From Chiloscyllium plagiosum (lineage: Eukaryota), in contig NC_057718.1 of assembly GCF_004010195.1 (NCBI RefSeq), positions 25,944,508 to 26,008,507 of the forward strand: a stretch of DNA of 64,000 nucleotides, written 5' to 3'. The notes under the pieces were generated by a model that made no database searches, was not told the origin of the DNA, and worked only from the letters and a program-made list of their open reading frames with translations. Within the stretch, counting starts at the first letter, position 1, and each line of letters opens with the position of its first letter. Made by a program: the position numbers and the translations under genes. Positions 1 to 11,940 of the stretch are shown here, piece by piece.

Positions 1-304
1 TCGGGGAGTCCAGAACTAGAGGGCATAGGTTTAGGGTGAGAGGGGAAAGATAAAAAGAGACCTAAGGGGCAACATTTTCACGCAGAGGGTGGTACGTGTA
101 TGGAATGAGTTGCCAGAGGAAGTGGTGGAGGCTGGTACAATTGCAACATTTAAGAGGCATTTGGATGGATATATGAATAGGAAGGGTTTGGATGGATATG
201 GGCCGGGTGCTCGTAGATGGGACTAGAATGCGTTGGAATATCTGATCGGCATGGACGCGTTGGACCGAAGGGTCTGTTTCCATGCTGTACATCTCTATGA
301 CTAT
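1..304 (+). mobile_element. CR1/HER1-type LINE 3' end (cut by the window edge)
   Basis: GESRTRGHRFRVRGE...FTQRVVRVWNELPEEVVEAG C-terminus; 3' UTR ending catgctgtacatctctatgacta, shared with many copies in the window. Confidence 0.9.
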
Positions 305-1730
305 ATAAAATGTGTGACACTGAGAAAGCAGGCAGCATTCAAGGAGCCGGAGAGTCAACGTTTCGGGCATAAGCCCTTCATCATGAATGTGTGGGGCGAA
401 GGGGGCTGGGTGATAAATAGGAGTGGGTGGGGCTATGTGGAAGGTACCTTTCAAGGCCATAGGTAGATGAAGGTGAGGGGTGATGGTGATAGGTTGAAGT
501 CGAGTGTGGAGTGGATAGGTAGGAAGGAAGATGGACAGGTAGGACAGTTCAAGAGGGTGATGCTGAGTTGGAGGGCTGGGATGAGGTGGAGGCTGCAGTG
601 ATGAGGAAACTGGTGAAATCGAAATTGATGCCGTGTGGTTGGAGGGTCCCAAGGTGGAAGATGAGGCATTTTTCTTCCAGGTGTCGGATGGCTTGGATTT
701 GGCCGTGGAGGAGGCTCAGGACAACTCGGGAGAGTTTGGTGTGCTCGGGCTCCTTGATGTCCGACAAGGTGGAGAAAAAGCCTTTGTTCTTCGCAGGATG
801 AAGAACAGCAGAGGTTCTTTGTAGGTCTGGGAGAGTGTGGTCCTGAGCTGGGGCAGGGCTGACTGCAGGGAGAATAGGCAGTGGTGCATGGCTGCAAGGG
901 TGGAGTGGTGGATCTGAAGGGTGAACTGTTTCTGGAGGCTTTGGATTTGCTGGTTGTCCATTCCTGATGAAGGGCTTTTTGCCCGAAACGTTGATTTTCC
1001 TGCTCCTCGGATGTTGCCTGACCTGCTGTGCTGTTCCAGCATCTGCAGTACCCACTTCTGCCTGACTGGTTGGCCTGGTCATGTCTAAATTGTGACGGGC
1101 TGAATGTAGTCTGGACTCCATGTGTGATATGTCGATTGCGCAGACAGGCACTGAGGAAGGAGATGTGGCTGTGGTAGCAGCACTGCTTCAGGATGTGGCT
1201 GAAGAGCTTCAGGGCACAGGAGATGGACTGGGGGGTGCAGTGAGAGAGAGACTCACTGAGATCCTTGTGGAGGGAGAAGGAGAACTTCTTCAAGGTCGGC
1301 ATCCTTGGAAGAGGCTTAGCAGTATGGTTATAATGACCAGGAGAAAGTGAGTACTGCAGATACTGAAGGTCAGAGTCGAGAGTGTGGTGCTGGAAAAGCA
1401 CAACAGGTCAGGCAGCATCCGAGGAACAGGACAGTTGACATTTCGGGCATAAGCCTTTATCAGGAATGTGGAGAGGGATGTCTAGTGGGCTGAGAAATAA
1501 ATGGGAGGGGGGAAGGTAGCTGTGAATGCAATAGGTAGATGAAGGTGGGGTGTAATAGTGATATGTCAGAGTGGAGGGTGGAGTGGACAGTTGTGAAGGA
1601 AGATGAATTGGAGGGTTGGATCTGGTATAAAGTGGAGGGAGGGGAAATGAGGAAATTGGTGAAACCGACATTGATCCCATGTGGTTGAAGAGTCCCAGCG
1701 CAGAAGATGAGGCATCGGGTGGCTTGGATT
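305..1730 (-). mobile_element. Penelope-like element, internally deleted, with tandem pseudo-LTR
   Basis: On the minus strand the ORF C-terminal motif (LEEKCLIFHLGTLQPHGINFDFTSF; CLIFCAGTLQPHGINVGFTNF) plus 3' UTR plus hammerhead-like motif occurs twice (about 355-700 and 1430-1720). Between them lies an N-terminal ORF remnant (MPTLKKFSFSLHKDLSESLSHC...). No RT motifs are visible. Confidence 0.75.
959..1063 (+). mobile_element. Short Penelope pLTR fragment inserted antisense into the Penelope element
   Basis: cattcCTGATGAAGGGCTTTTTGCCCGAAACGTTGA...cagcatctgcagt; flanked by ctggttg at 950-956 and 1066-1072. Confidence 0.7.
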
Positions 1731-2550
1731 TTCTTCACACACTTAGTTTGCACTCTGCCTGCCCGCTTTGAGCTCGTATTCAAGGACCCCTGAACTATTC
1801 TAAGCGGCCTATTGAAAAATGTTCAATGCACTCCTCCCCTGTTACTGGGCAGAATTGAATGTAGACACCGAGAAACGTTTGGAGCTAGCTATTTCATGAA
1901 TACTTGCTTAGCACCAAAATGCAAAGCTCCAACTTGAGAAGTCATCGTACCCATCATCGACAGACCTGTTAATGCACCAGGCATGCTCAGTTAGAAAATC
2001 CACCAATGTTCTTTTGTATGTTATTCCATTGAAGTCCTCAACCAACTTCCCTGCACACAAAGTTATCTACCCTCTAGGGAGCTGACACAGGAACTATTAT
2101 GCCCCATCCCTTCCTGCTGACTGACTCAACAAATGCAAATGCTGACTCTGAATTAATACTTGGATCTGAACTGGTATCAGCTGACTGTGCTTTCTCTTTC
2201 GAGTTGTCTGTAATCAGCTCACCACCAGATGTGTGAGCTGGTTAGATAGCAGTTTTTTGGATGGTTGAATGAAAATGCAGAAGGGAAAACGTTACAGTGA
2301 GGGAAAGGAGGGTGGGATGGAAAACACAAAGTCCTTGGCCATGTAATCTGCAGCTTGTACTTGATGGCAGACAGCAGGGTGAAGATGAAGTGGGATTTGA
2401 GGAGTGGCTGAAGGCAAGAGCCTACCTTTTCCAGAGTATTCTCAGTGATGCTGCTTGCATTGGATGTTTTCCCAGCCAGCCGTGTGTGGAGCAGCACCAT
2501 CACCTCCACGCATTGCAGGCATTCCTGTCCACCTCCATGTCTCTATAGCT

Positions 2551-2763
2551 ATGATGTGGAGGTGTCGGTGTTGGACTAGGGTGGACAAAGCTAAACACCA
2601 CACAACCCCAGGTTATAGTCCAACAGGTTTATTTGGAAGTACAAACTTTCGGAGCACTACCCCTTCATCAAGTAGCTCGCTAATGAAGGAGCAGTGCTCC
2701 AAAAGCTTGTACTTCCAAATAAACCTATTGGACTATAACCTGGGGTTGTGTGATTTTTAACTT
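2551..2763. mobile_element. Palindromic Penelope-derived/MER6-like short element (family B)
   Basis: Inverted arms cacacaaccccaggttatagtccaacaggtttatttggaagtacaa / ttgtacttccaaataaacctattggactataacctggggttgtgtg; TSD tctct(a/g)tagct at 2540-2550 and 2764-2774. Confidence 0.8.
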
Positions 2764-3029
2764 TCTCTGTAGCTGCCTCTGGGTATGCACCACCTTGCCC
2801 TGCAAAAGATTAGATGTCATAGAATATCAGTGTGTGTGTTGCATTGTCTGGGTCATCATCCTGCCCAAGTTGAATAGCTCAAAATACATGGAAGTGATGA
2901 GAGGTGGCAGCATTGATTGGTATATTAGGGGGAGGTGCAACATCTGAATGCTAAGCATGAGCTCTATTTCCTGGTGGGTGAATGATGAAGATGTGCTGCA
3001 TTTCAAACTGCAAAAAGTGGTCATGAGAT

Positions 3030-3260
3030 GCTATTTAGAGATGCTTTCATTGGCCTTAACCATCTTTGTAAATCCGTTGAACATTTTCCAGGAATGTGTC
3101 CTTGAGTCCAAACTTTGTGAATTCCCCAGTCACTCACTGTCACTTACCTCTGAGGGTGTAATATGAGGACCTCCTGTAAACAAGGTATCTCTTTTCCCAA
3201 CCCTGTCCGGATACCTCTAGTGACACAATAGAAGATGAGGGATCCCTCTCTCACTGTTGT
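3030..3260 (-). pseudogene. Possible decayed Harbinger Myb/SANT-like ORF
   Basis: Minus-strand pieces ERDPSSSIVSLEV...KR/RDTLF and RTHSWKMFNGFTKMVK resemble RERAPRFSDAALEVL...RRDVLF and RTW.QCRKKFNDL..VVK; heavily decayed. Confidence 0.35.
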
Positions 3261-3654
3261 ATTTGTTGGCTGAGAATTTTGAGTTTCCATTGCTTTTCTT
3301 TCTCATCAATCCATCTGGAAGCTCCTGTTGCACGAGCTCAGCTCCTCCTCAAAAGGGAAAGGCTGCCTTGAAGCTGCCAGTGTAACTGTTGGTTATGTGA
3401 GCCACCTTTTGAATGTGCAGCCAGTCAGCTATGCATTATGCTCAGCACTGCGTGTTGAAATCATTGGAGGGGTAAGATGGTCAAAGTTCATGTGCTGTCC
3501 ATCTCACCTGGACTGTGTCCTCAGAATTGTAGACACCACCCTTGAAAGCAGACTTTACAGAGTTTGTCCCCTTTGACTCAGACAATTATCTGGAGCATTT
3601 GGTGGGTGTAGCTCACCACCCAAAATGTTAGGAATGCTGTTTTGGGAAAACAAT

Positions 3655-4450
3655 ATGTGTTTAGGAATAAGTCATTATGCCCTTTCAAACCTATCTTTGC
3701 ATTCCAGTATATCTTGTCTTAATCTGTATCTTACTTCCACTTCAACATAATTCTTAAAAACTTTGCTTGTGTGAATCTCAGTTTTGAAGTAATCAAGCGT
3801 TCTCGCTTCAGCGGTTTCTCGAGGGAGGGAGTTCCTGATTTCCAGTACCCTTTGTGTGAAGAGGTACTTTCTGATATTACCCTGAAAGGCTTTGCTTAAA
3901 TTATAAATTTTAACTCCCTTGTAATGAACTCTTCCATCAGAGATAATAGTTTTGTTCCATCTACCCTCCCAAATCCTTTAATCATATTAAATATTTCAAT
4001 TGGATTATCCTTTAATCCTCTATATTCAAGAGAATTCAAGTCTCATTTTTTTTTATTTGTTCTTGGGATAAGGGCGTCACTGGTTAGTCCAGCGCATCCC
4101 TACATGCCCAGAGGACATTTAAAAATCAATCTCCTTTATAATTTAACCCTTTTAACTCTGCTCTCATTCTGGTGAACGTGAGCTTCCCTATTTTGTGAGT
4201 AATATATCCAGTGCCCACACTGAGCTCAGTCCCACATGGAACTTAAACAGATCTTGGTGCAGTCATAACATAACTTCCAACTTTTGTACTCTACCCCGCA
4301 TCAAACAAAGAACAACATTCTGCCCGAGTTTGAAGTTGTTTTTTTGTACCTGTCCACGAGCTTTTACTGATTTTTTTTTTCATGCATGCACCTTAAAATC
4401 TCTCTGCTTATCATCAGTTCGTGGCTTCCTGCCATTTAAGAGGCCGCTAT
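3655..4450 (-). mobile_element. Old CR1-type LINE 3' fragment
   Basis: Degenerate reverse complement of the CR1 RT C-terminus and 3' UTR (gttcctgatttccagtaccctttgtgtgaagagg...). Confidence 0.55.
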
Positions 4451-5289
4451 CTGTCCCAGACTTGTGGATTGGCTGGTAGCAGACACTGATAATAAATAAG
4501 GTCACAAAATCAAGGGGAATGCTGGTAGACATAGATTATTGATAATACCAGAATACAACTTGCGTTACTCTAATAAGACAATGATCTAGCAGGTTATCAA
4601 TTGTCACTGTGTTGCATTATAAAACAAATTTGAAGTAATTATAAATTTTTGGGTAGAGTTTAGTAATGGATCTTATGATCATATATAGTGAAGGACCAAA
4701 ATTCATCGGAGATAGCTATAGGACCTGGTTCTGCGATTCTTTAACTCCTATCCCTTTTAGTTTAAGTTAGATATACTTTAATATCTTTTATAGTAGGTCT
4801 TGGATGACAATAGAGAAGCAGAACAATTCTGTTACAAAAATTAGTTTTCTTGACAAATGGTGAAATAATCAGGAACTAGTGTGTATTCCTTGTTATTTTT
4901 GCCATGTCTTTATCCTCCTTCTATACAGCTGAGCAAGCCTTGTTGGGAAAAGTGAAAGAATTAGCTAGGTCAATGAAAATTTTGAAGACTGATCAGTAGA
5001 ATTTTGATAGGCGAGCATATCAATGGAAAGATAAATTAAGTTGAGTTAAGGATGTAATTTGAATGGTAGAATATGCTCAAGAATCTGGGTGGCTTACTCC
5101 CATTCTTATGTTCTTATAAATTGGGAAAAAATAACTTGAATCAATCAGTAACTTGAAATCCTCATACACCTGACCCAACACCTAAGGTTACTCGCTCAAC
5201 GCTGTCAGTAGAATCCAGCTCCCTTAATTAGATGATTTCTTTCTCAACCTATTGGGCTATAGGATATGATACATGTTTTTCTGTATAGG

Positions 5290-5830
5290 ATCACATTTTA
5301 TATGCGATGGAGAGCAGATTTCAGAGCATTTAAAAGTAAACAGGCTACTAAGTGATTGTGGCTAAAAGAGGGTTGGCTCAAATTCATTGGCGTAGGTGCT
5401 GAGCTGTGAGAGCTGCGACACCTTATGGAGTGGAAATGGTACTTGGATGCTTTGTCCCAGGAGGCAGCCACAAATCTTAGGATAGAGCCTTCTGATTTGG
5501 TCAGCGGTCAACAACAGTGGAACATAGAGACAGCAGCACTGGGTGGAGTGAGGGCCTATAATGTTGGAGTGGTCCTCACACGGTCTGTACTGGAACCAGT
5601 GTTCTAGCAAGCTGCATAATTAGGAAAGTAGGGAGGGTATTAAATGAAGTAATGAGGGCAAGTGATCAACTTTTGGTAAATCAAAGAGTACAGATAGGGA
5701 AGGAGAGAAAGATATTAATAGAGAAAAAGATAATAAGATCATGACAGGAAGGAATATCGAGTATAAATCTAAAAGTAAACCAGCAGAAAAGGCCAGCGAT
5801 TTAAAGAGATGTGCAAAAGGAGCAAGGGTC
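5290..5830 (+). mobile_element. Old CR1 5' region/ORF1 remnant (continues at about 8100)
   Basis: Cys-pair remnant (gtgctgagctgtgagagctgc) like the CR1 ORF1 zinc finger, then an A-rich linker that leads, after nested insertions, into the APE start at about 8120. Confidence 0.4.
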
Positions 5831-5834
5831 ATGA

Positions 5835-8095
5835 GAGAAACAGTTTTCTCACACGAGTAATTAGAGTGTGAAATGCACTCCTGGGAATGTGGTGGAGGCA
5901 GGTTTAATGGAGACATTCAAGGGAGCATTGCATGATTATTTATTTCAAAATTTTGTGCAAAGTTATGGGGAAAAATCGGAGATCGGTACAAGGTAATGAA
6001 ACAAAGAAACAAAGAAAATTTACAGCCCAGGAACAGGCCCTTCAGCCCTCCAAGCTTGAGCCGATCCAAATCCACTGTCTAAACCTATCGCCCAATTCCT
6101 AAGCATCTGTATCTCTCTTCTCCCCACCAACTCATGCATCTGTCCAGACACATCTTAAATGAAGCTACCGTGCCTGCCTCTACTACCTCTGCTGGCAACG
6201 CGTTCCAGACAACTACTACCTTCTGTATAAAGTATTTGCTGTGTGTATCCCCCTTAAACTTTTCACCTCTCAACTTGAAAATGTGACCTTTTGTTACTGA
6301 ATCCTTCACCCTGGGAAAAAGCTTGTCTCTATTCACTCTATCCTCTACCCTTCATGATTTTGTAGACCTCAATCAGGTCCCCCCTCAATCTCCTTTTTTC
6401 TAATGAAAATAAACCTAACCTACTCAATCTCTCTTCATAGCTAACACCTTCCATACCAGGCAACATCCTCGTAAACCTTCTCTGCACCCTCTCCAAAGTG
6501 TCCACATCCTTTTCGTAATGTGGCGACCAGAACTGTACATAGTATTCTAAATGCGGCTGAATCAATGCCGTGTACAATTTTAACATTACCTGCCAGCTCT
6601 TATACTCAATGCCCCGTCAGGTGAAGGCAAGCATACCGTGTGCCTTCTTGACCACTCTATCCACCTGTGCATCAACCTTCGGGGTACATTGGACCTACAC
6701 TCCCAGATCTCTCTGCTCATCAACATCTCCCAAGGCTCTTCCGTTTACTGTATAATTCGCTCTAGAATTAGACTTCCCAAAATGCATCACCTCACATTTG
6801 CCTGGAGTGAACTCCATCTGCCACTTCTCTGCCCAATTCTCCAGTCTATCGATATTCTCCTGTATTCTCTGACAGTTCCTTATGCTTTCTGCTACTCCAC
6901 CAATCTTCGTGTCATCTGTAAACTTGCTGATCATACCAACAGTGCCCTCTTCCAGATCATTTATGTATATCACAAACAACAGTGGCCTCAGCACTGACCC
7001 CTGAGGAACACCACTGGTCACCTTTCTACATTTCAAGAAATTGCCTTCAACTACTACTCTCTGTCTCCTGTTGCTCAACCAGTTCTTTATCCACCTAGCT
7101 AGAACACCCTGCACACCATGTGACTTCACTTTCTCCATTAGTTTACCATGGGGAGCCTTATCAAAGGCCTTACTAAAGTCCATGTTTATGACATCTACAG
7201 CCCTTCCTTCATCTATCAAGTTGGTCACTTCCTTGAAGAACTCTATTAAGTTGGTAAAGCACGATCTCCCCCGCACAGAACCATTTTGCCTATCACTGAC
7301 AAGCCCATTCTTTTCTAAATATAAATGGATCCTATCCCTCAGTACCTTTTCAGCAATTTTCCCATGACTGACATCAGGCTCGCTAGTCTGTCGTTACCTG
7401 GAATATCTCTACTACCCTTCTTATACAGGGGGACAACATGAACAACCCTCCAGTCCTCTAGCACCTCACCTGTGTTTAAGGATGCTTCAAAGATATCTGT
7501 CAGGGCCCCAGCTATTTCCTCTCTTGCCTCCCTCGGCAACCTGGGATAGATCCCATCCCGACTTGGGGATTTGTCCACCTTAATAACCTCCAGCCTACCC
7601 AACATATCTTCCCTACTTATGTTAACATGAGCCAGACTAATCAGGCTTCTATCTCTAATCTCAACATACATCATGTCCCTCTCCTCAGTGAACACTGATG
7701 CAAAGTAATCATTCAGAACCTCACCCATTTTCTCTGGTTCGACACACAGCCTTTCTTCATTATCCTTTAGTGGACCAATCCTTTCTCTAGTTACCCACTT
7801 GCTTCTTATATAAGAATAAAAGGCTTTGAGATTCTCCTTAATTCTGCTCGATAAAGCTATTTCATGACCCCTTTTAACCCACTGGGTTACTCGTTTAAGA
7901 TTGGTCCTACTCTCCCAATATTCCACCAGGGCCCATACTGTTCTTAGCTGCCTAGACTTTATGTACGCTTCCCTTTTCCTCTTGGCTAGTCGTACTATTT
8001 CTCCTGTCATCCACGGTTCACGAATCTTGCTTGAAGAACAATGAGTCACAATCGGCCAAATGGCCTCCTTTTGCACTGTAACAGTTCTGTGGTCA
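5835..8095 (+). mobile_element. CR1-type 3' fragment split by an antisense CR1 (pieces about 5835-5998 and 8031-8095)
   Basis: ttctcacacgagtaattagagtgtgaaatgcactcctgggaatgtggtggaggcagg before the insert; ggccaaatggcctccttttgcactgtaacagttctgtg after it. Confidence 0.55.
5999..8030 (-). mobile_element. 5'-truncated CR1 LINE (RT), frameshifted
   Basis: ORFs 7339-8166, 6695-7276, 6338-6586 and 6085-6336 carry [35 protein letters not shown] and RPHLEY-like motifs. Confidence 0.92.
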
Positions 8096-9195
8096 TAAAA
8101 AGTAATAAAAGGAAAAATATATAAAGGCTCTGCGCTTGAATGCATGCAGCATTGAAAATAAAGCAAGATGAATTGATAGCACTATAGAAATATCGAAGTA
8201 TGATCTGATAGCCATTATATAGAAATGGCTTTAGTATGATAAGGGATAGGACCTGAATATTAAAGATTACATGACATTTAGAGAGGACAGGGAGCGAAGG
8301 AAAAAATGCAGAAGTGGTTTGTTTAATTAATTATTGCATTAATAGAAAAGAATAAACTAATTCATGAAAGCAGACTGTCGAAGCAGTTTGTGTAGTGATG
8401 AAAAGTGATATAGAGAAGAAATCACCTCTGAGAATTGTGTACAGGCCCTAATAGTAATGACACAGCAGTATCACCTTTATTGAAGGATGTTAGTGCATTG
8501 GAAGCAGTTCATAGAAGGTTTACGAGACTAATATTCAAAAATAGTGATTATCTTAAAAAGAATAGTTCAACAGGTTATGTTTGTATTTGCTGAAGCTTGG
8601 AAGAGAAAGAGGTGACTTGATTGAAACAGTAGGTTCTGAGGAACCTCGATGCATTTGTATCCCTTCTTAAAGCAGATATTCTACACAGTATTCCAAACAA
8701 GGCCTATTTCCCTACTCTGTATTCAATTCAACTTCCAATAAACAGTGACAATCCATGAACCTTCCTGTTTATTTGCGATAGTGTCTGCTGACGCTGGAAC
8801 TGTGGAGAAACTGCATATGTACCCTCACTCAGAAATATGCATGGTTCCAGATCCTCCACATGGTTGCGTCATGCACAAAGTCCACATTGCACAGACCATT
8901 CAGACAAGAACTAAACAAGGATGGGGGAGGTTGGATGAGGCTGGGAGGTTGTCCCTTGCCCCCTACCTCCTGGACTTGTTCCCCCAGATTCCCCTCTCCT
9001 CCTTCCCAACCAATCTCTTCCCCCCCCCCCCAAATCATGGATCTACTTTCTCTCCTCCAGATTCATTCTTCATCCCAGTTCTCTCCCAATTAATGCACAT
9101 ACATGTATTCAGAGGGAATATGGCACATGGTCTGCAGTGTCAATAAACACAGCTTTTCTTTGCTGTAGCTGCATGCTAGATTTTTGTGATTCATG

Positions 9196-9430
9196 GAGAA
9201 AGCGAGGACTGCATATGCTGGAGATTAGAGTCAAGTGTGTAGTGCTGAAAAAGCACAGCAGGTCAGGCAGCATCTGAGGAGCAGGAGAATCGACATTTTG
9301 GGCAAGAACCCTTCATCAATAATGGGGGGAGCCCTCATTCCTGACAAAGCGCTCTTGCCTGAAATGTTGACTCTCCTGCTTCTCGGATGCTGCCTGACCT
9401 GCTGTGCTTTTCCAGCACCACACTCTCGAC
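9196..9430. mobile_element. Palindromic Penelope pLTR element (family A)
   Basis: Arms gtgctgaaaaagcacagcaggtcaggcagcatc / gatgctgcctgacctgctgtgcttttccagcac; TSD ttttgt(g/c)attcatg at 9182-9195 and 9431-9444. Confidence 0.85.
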
Positions 9431-9536
9431 TTTTGTCATTCATGCACTGTAATGGATGGAGAAAGATGTAATCTCTTGTGGGAAAATCTAGTACTGAAGA
9501 TCATTGTTCAAAAAGAAAGAGTCATTCAATTAAGAC

Positions 9537-10248
9537 TTAGAATTAGGTTTTAATGTCATGTGTACTCAAGTCCAGGAATACAGGAGCACGATGTACAGTG
9601 TACAAAGTCACCATTTCTGATGCCCTCTTGTCGGTACAAAGTAGAAAAATAAAGAAATAAGTTAAAAGGTCAATATTACTATTCTTCTTAGTATAAATTA
9701 AAAGAATAAAGTTTTAAAAGTTCAGCACTACAATTCTTCTTTGGCCATGGGCCTGCAGATGCTCCATGTTGGGCTTTCCCCATGAGGGCTCGATGTCTCC
9801 CTCACACTCGGTATGCTCTCCTCCACATTGCTGTCTCACTGCCGACTTCCAGAGTCCTGCCTGTCTCACCAGCCACCTCATTGCTGTGTGACAAAGTCCC
9901 ACTCTGGGCCCAGTCGCTGGCACACACTGGACCCTGATGCTGTCACCCCAGCACCAAGCTCTCTCTAGAAGGTAAGTTTTTAAAAAATGGTGACTCAGTG
10001 GTTAGCACTGCTGTCTCGTAGCACCAGGAACCAGGTTCAATTCCAGCCTCAGGTGACTGTCTGTGTGGAGTTTGCACATCCTACCTGTGTTGGCATGGGA
10101 TTCCTCCAGGCAAATGGCCTGTATCCACACTGTAGAGATTGTATAATTCTATGATACTGAAGAAAAGAAAAAAAATGAGAAAAGAAGAAAAAAAATGAAA
10201 AACGAACAGACAAGTCCGGATGCTGCCTAGTCCACTGCCACTATCTTG
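9537..10248 (-). mobile_element. Non-coding retroelement with Rex1-like 3' tail
   Basis: TSD attaagac at 9529-9536 and 10249-10256; minus-strand 5' caagatagtggc plus T-rich tract; 3' ...gagtacacatgacattaaa; related to 56813-58517. Confidence 0.6.
9988..10155 (+). mobile_element. HE1-like tRNA-derived SINE (internally deleted)
   Basis: tggtgactcagtggttagcactgctg (A box) ... ggttcaattcc (B box) ... gtctgtgtggagtttgcac. Confidence 0.75.
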
Positions 10249-10483
10249 ATTAAGACCAAAATGAGGAGTTTTTGTTTTACAAAAGTCACAATGCTTTGGA
10301 ACTCTCTCTTATTCACGGCAATAGAAACAGAATTGGTGAAGTTTTTTTATGGCAGTGGAGATAAATCCTTGATAAGCAGGGAGGTGAAAGGTTATCATGT
10401 GGATGAATGTGGAAGTCAGATCAGCTGTGGCCTAACTGAATTATGAACAGGCTCAATTGGCCTAGTAATCCACCAAATTCATA

Positions 10484-10674
10484 ATATGTGGAGGTGATGG
10501 TGTTGGACTGGGGTGGACAAAGTCAGAAGTCACATGACTCTAGGTTACAGTGAAACAGATTTATTTGAAATCACAAGCTGAGGTCACTTCACCTGACGAA
10601 GGGGCTGTGCTCCGAAAACTTGTGATTTAAAATAAACCTGTTGGACTAAAACCTGATGTCATGTGACTTCTGAC
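10484..10674. mobile_element. Palindromic family-B element carrying the best-paired hammerhead-like motif (10589-10625)
   Basis: Arms gtcagaagtcacatgac / gtcatgtgacttctgac; TSD acc(a/t)aattcata at 10472-10483 and 10673-10684. Confidence 0.8.
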
Positions 10675-10819
10675 CTAATTCATATGGACATACATAGAAT
10701 CTTGATAAGCAAGGGGTGATAGGTTATGGAGGCAGGTGGATATGTGGATCAATCGGAGCAGCCACGATCTTTTTAAATGGTGAAGTAGGCTTAAGCAGCT
10801 GAGTGGCCTAGTCTTGGAA

Positions 10820-11140
10820 CTATCGAATCCCCTCAGAGCAGAATGAGGCCATTTGGCCCTTTGAGTCAGCACCAGCCCTCATAAGAGCATCCCACTCTCC
10901 CACACTATAACCGTACATTTTTTTTACTATGGCTTATCCAACTGCATATCATTGGACACGAAAGGGCTTTTTTGTAGTAACGGCCGATTCAACAAACCTG
11001 TACAGGGAACCGGGATAGGAAACCAGACACAGGGAGAACCTACTGACTTCACACAGATAGATGCCCAAGGCTGTAACTGAACCCAGGTCCCTGGCTCTGT
11101 GAGACAGCAGTACTAACCACTGAGCCATTGTGCCACCCAT
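10820..11140 (-). mobile_element. HE1-like SINE
   Basis: Reverse complement of the head gggtggcacaatggctcagtggttagtactgctgtctcacag; degenerate tail. Confidence 0.7.
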
Positions 11141-11544
11141 CTTGCTCCTAATTTGAATGTTTGCTTGTATGTAGCATCTTGGAACAGGGAGACAGACCAT
11201 TGTCAATTTAAACAAATTGAAATCGATTAACTCCTGTGTCATCTGTGTCACTGCTCAATCTGGTTTTATCGCTGTGCATTCCCCATTTTGAATGTTCGAG
11301 TGCAGCAAGTGAATGACTTCTATGCATTCTGGGTGCATTGACGAGATCCAAGGTGATCCATTGTGATTAATGTTTCTCTTATTATTGGAAGGCTAGCTCA
11401 TTTGTGCGGCAGTGTGGTACAACCCTGTGATTGATGTATGGAGTGATCCCACGTATTTAACAGCACGGTCAATTGATTATAGTTGTGCTGCCTTATTCAT
11501 TATATTGAGCTTCCCCAGCCTTTCCCAACCAATGCTAATGCAAG

Positions 11545-11940
11545 TGGTGTACTGTAGTTGTGCTCCAGTTGGTAAAACTTTCACTTCTGAGTTAGAAAGT
11601 TGTGTGCCATACTGATGGATTGCCACAGTATCAGAGGTGAGATGTCTCGCTGATAGAATAACCAGGTGGCTGGGAAAAAAAAAATCCCATGGTACTACTT
11701 CAAAGAATAATAGTGGAATTATCCCCAGCATTTTGACTAATATTTAGCCCTCAATCAACATTGCAAAAATAGATTACTTTGTCGTAAATCGCATTGCTGT
11801 TTGTAGGCACTTGCTGTGAACAATTGGCAGCTGCATTTCATTCAATAAACAGTAACTACTCTTTAAAGAACTGCATTGGCTGTAAAGAGTTTTAGAACAT
11901 CTAATGTTCATGAAAAGTGCAATGTAAGCACAAGTCTTTA
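11545..11940 (+). mobile_element. Deu-domain SINE (SacSINE1/AmnSINE1-like)
   Basis: aatcccatggtactacttcaaagaa...aatatttagccctcaatcaacat...cattgctgtttgtagg...cattggctgtaaag...caagtcttt, matching the Deu domain and tail as recalled. Confidence 0.7.

Larger units (their letters stand above)
8100..10470 (+). mobile_element. Old, deleted CR1 ORF2 in pieces (about 8100-8650, 9455-9536, 10249-10470) hosting several later insertions
   Basis: APE N-terminus remnant (LNACSI.NK.DEL, YDLIAI); KDVSALEAVHRRFTRL; C-terminal KTKMRSFCFTKVTMLWNSL. Confidence 0.6.

Noticed and set aside
62..1401. Long minus-strand ORFs (196-316 aa) as host genes
   Set aside because: Frames run across Penelope and CR1 remnants and contain no host domain
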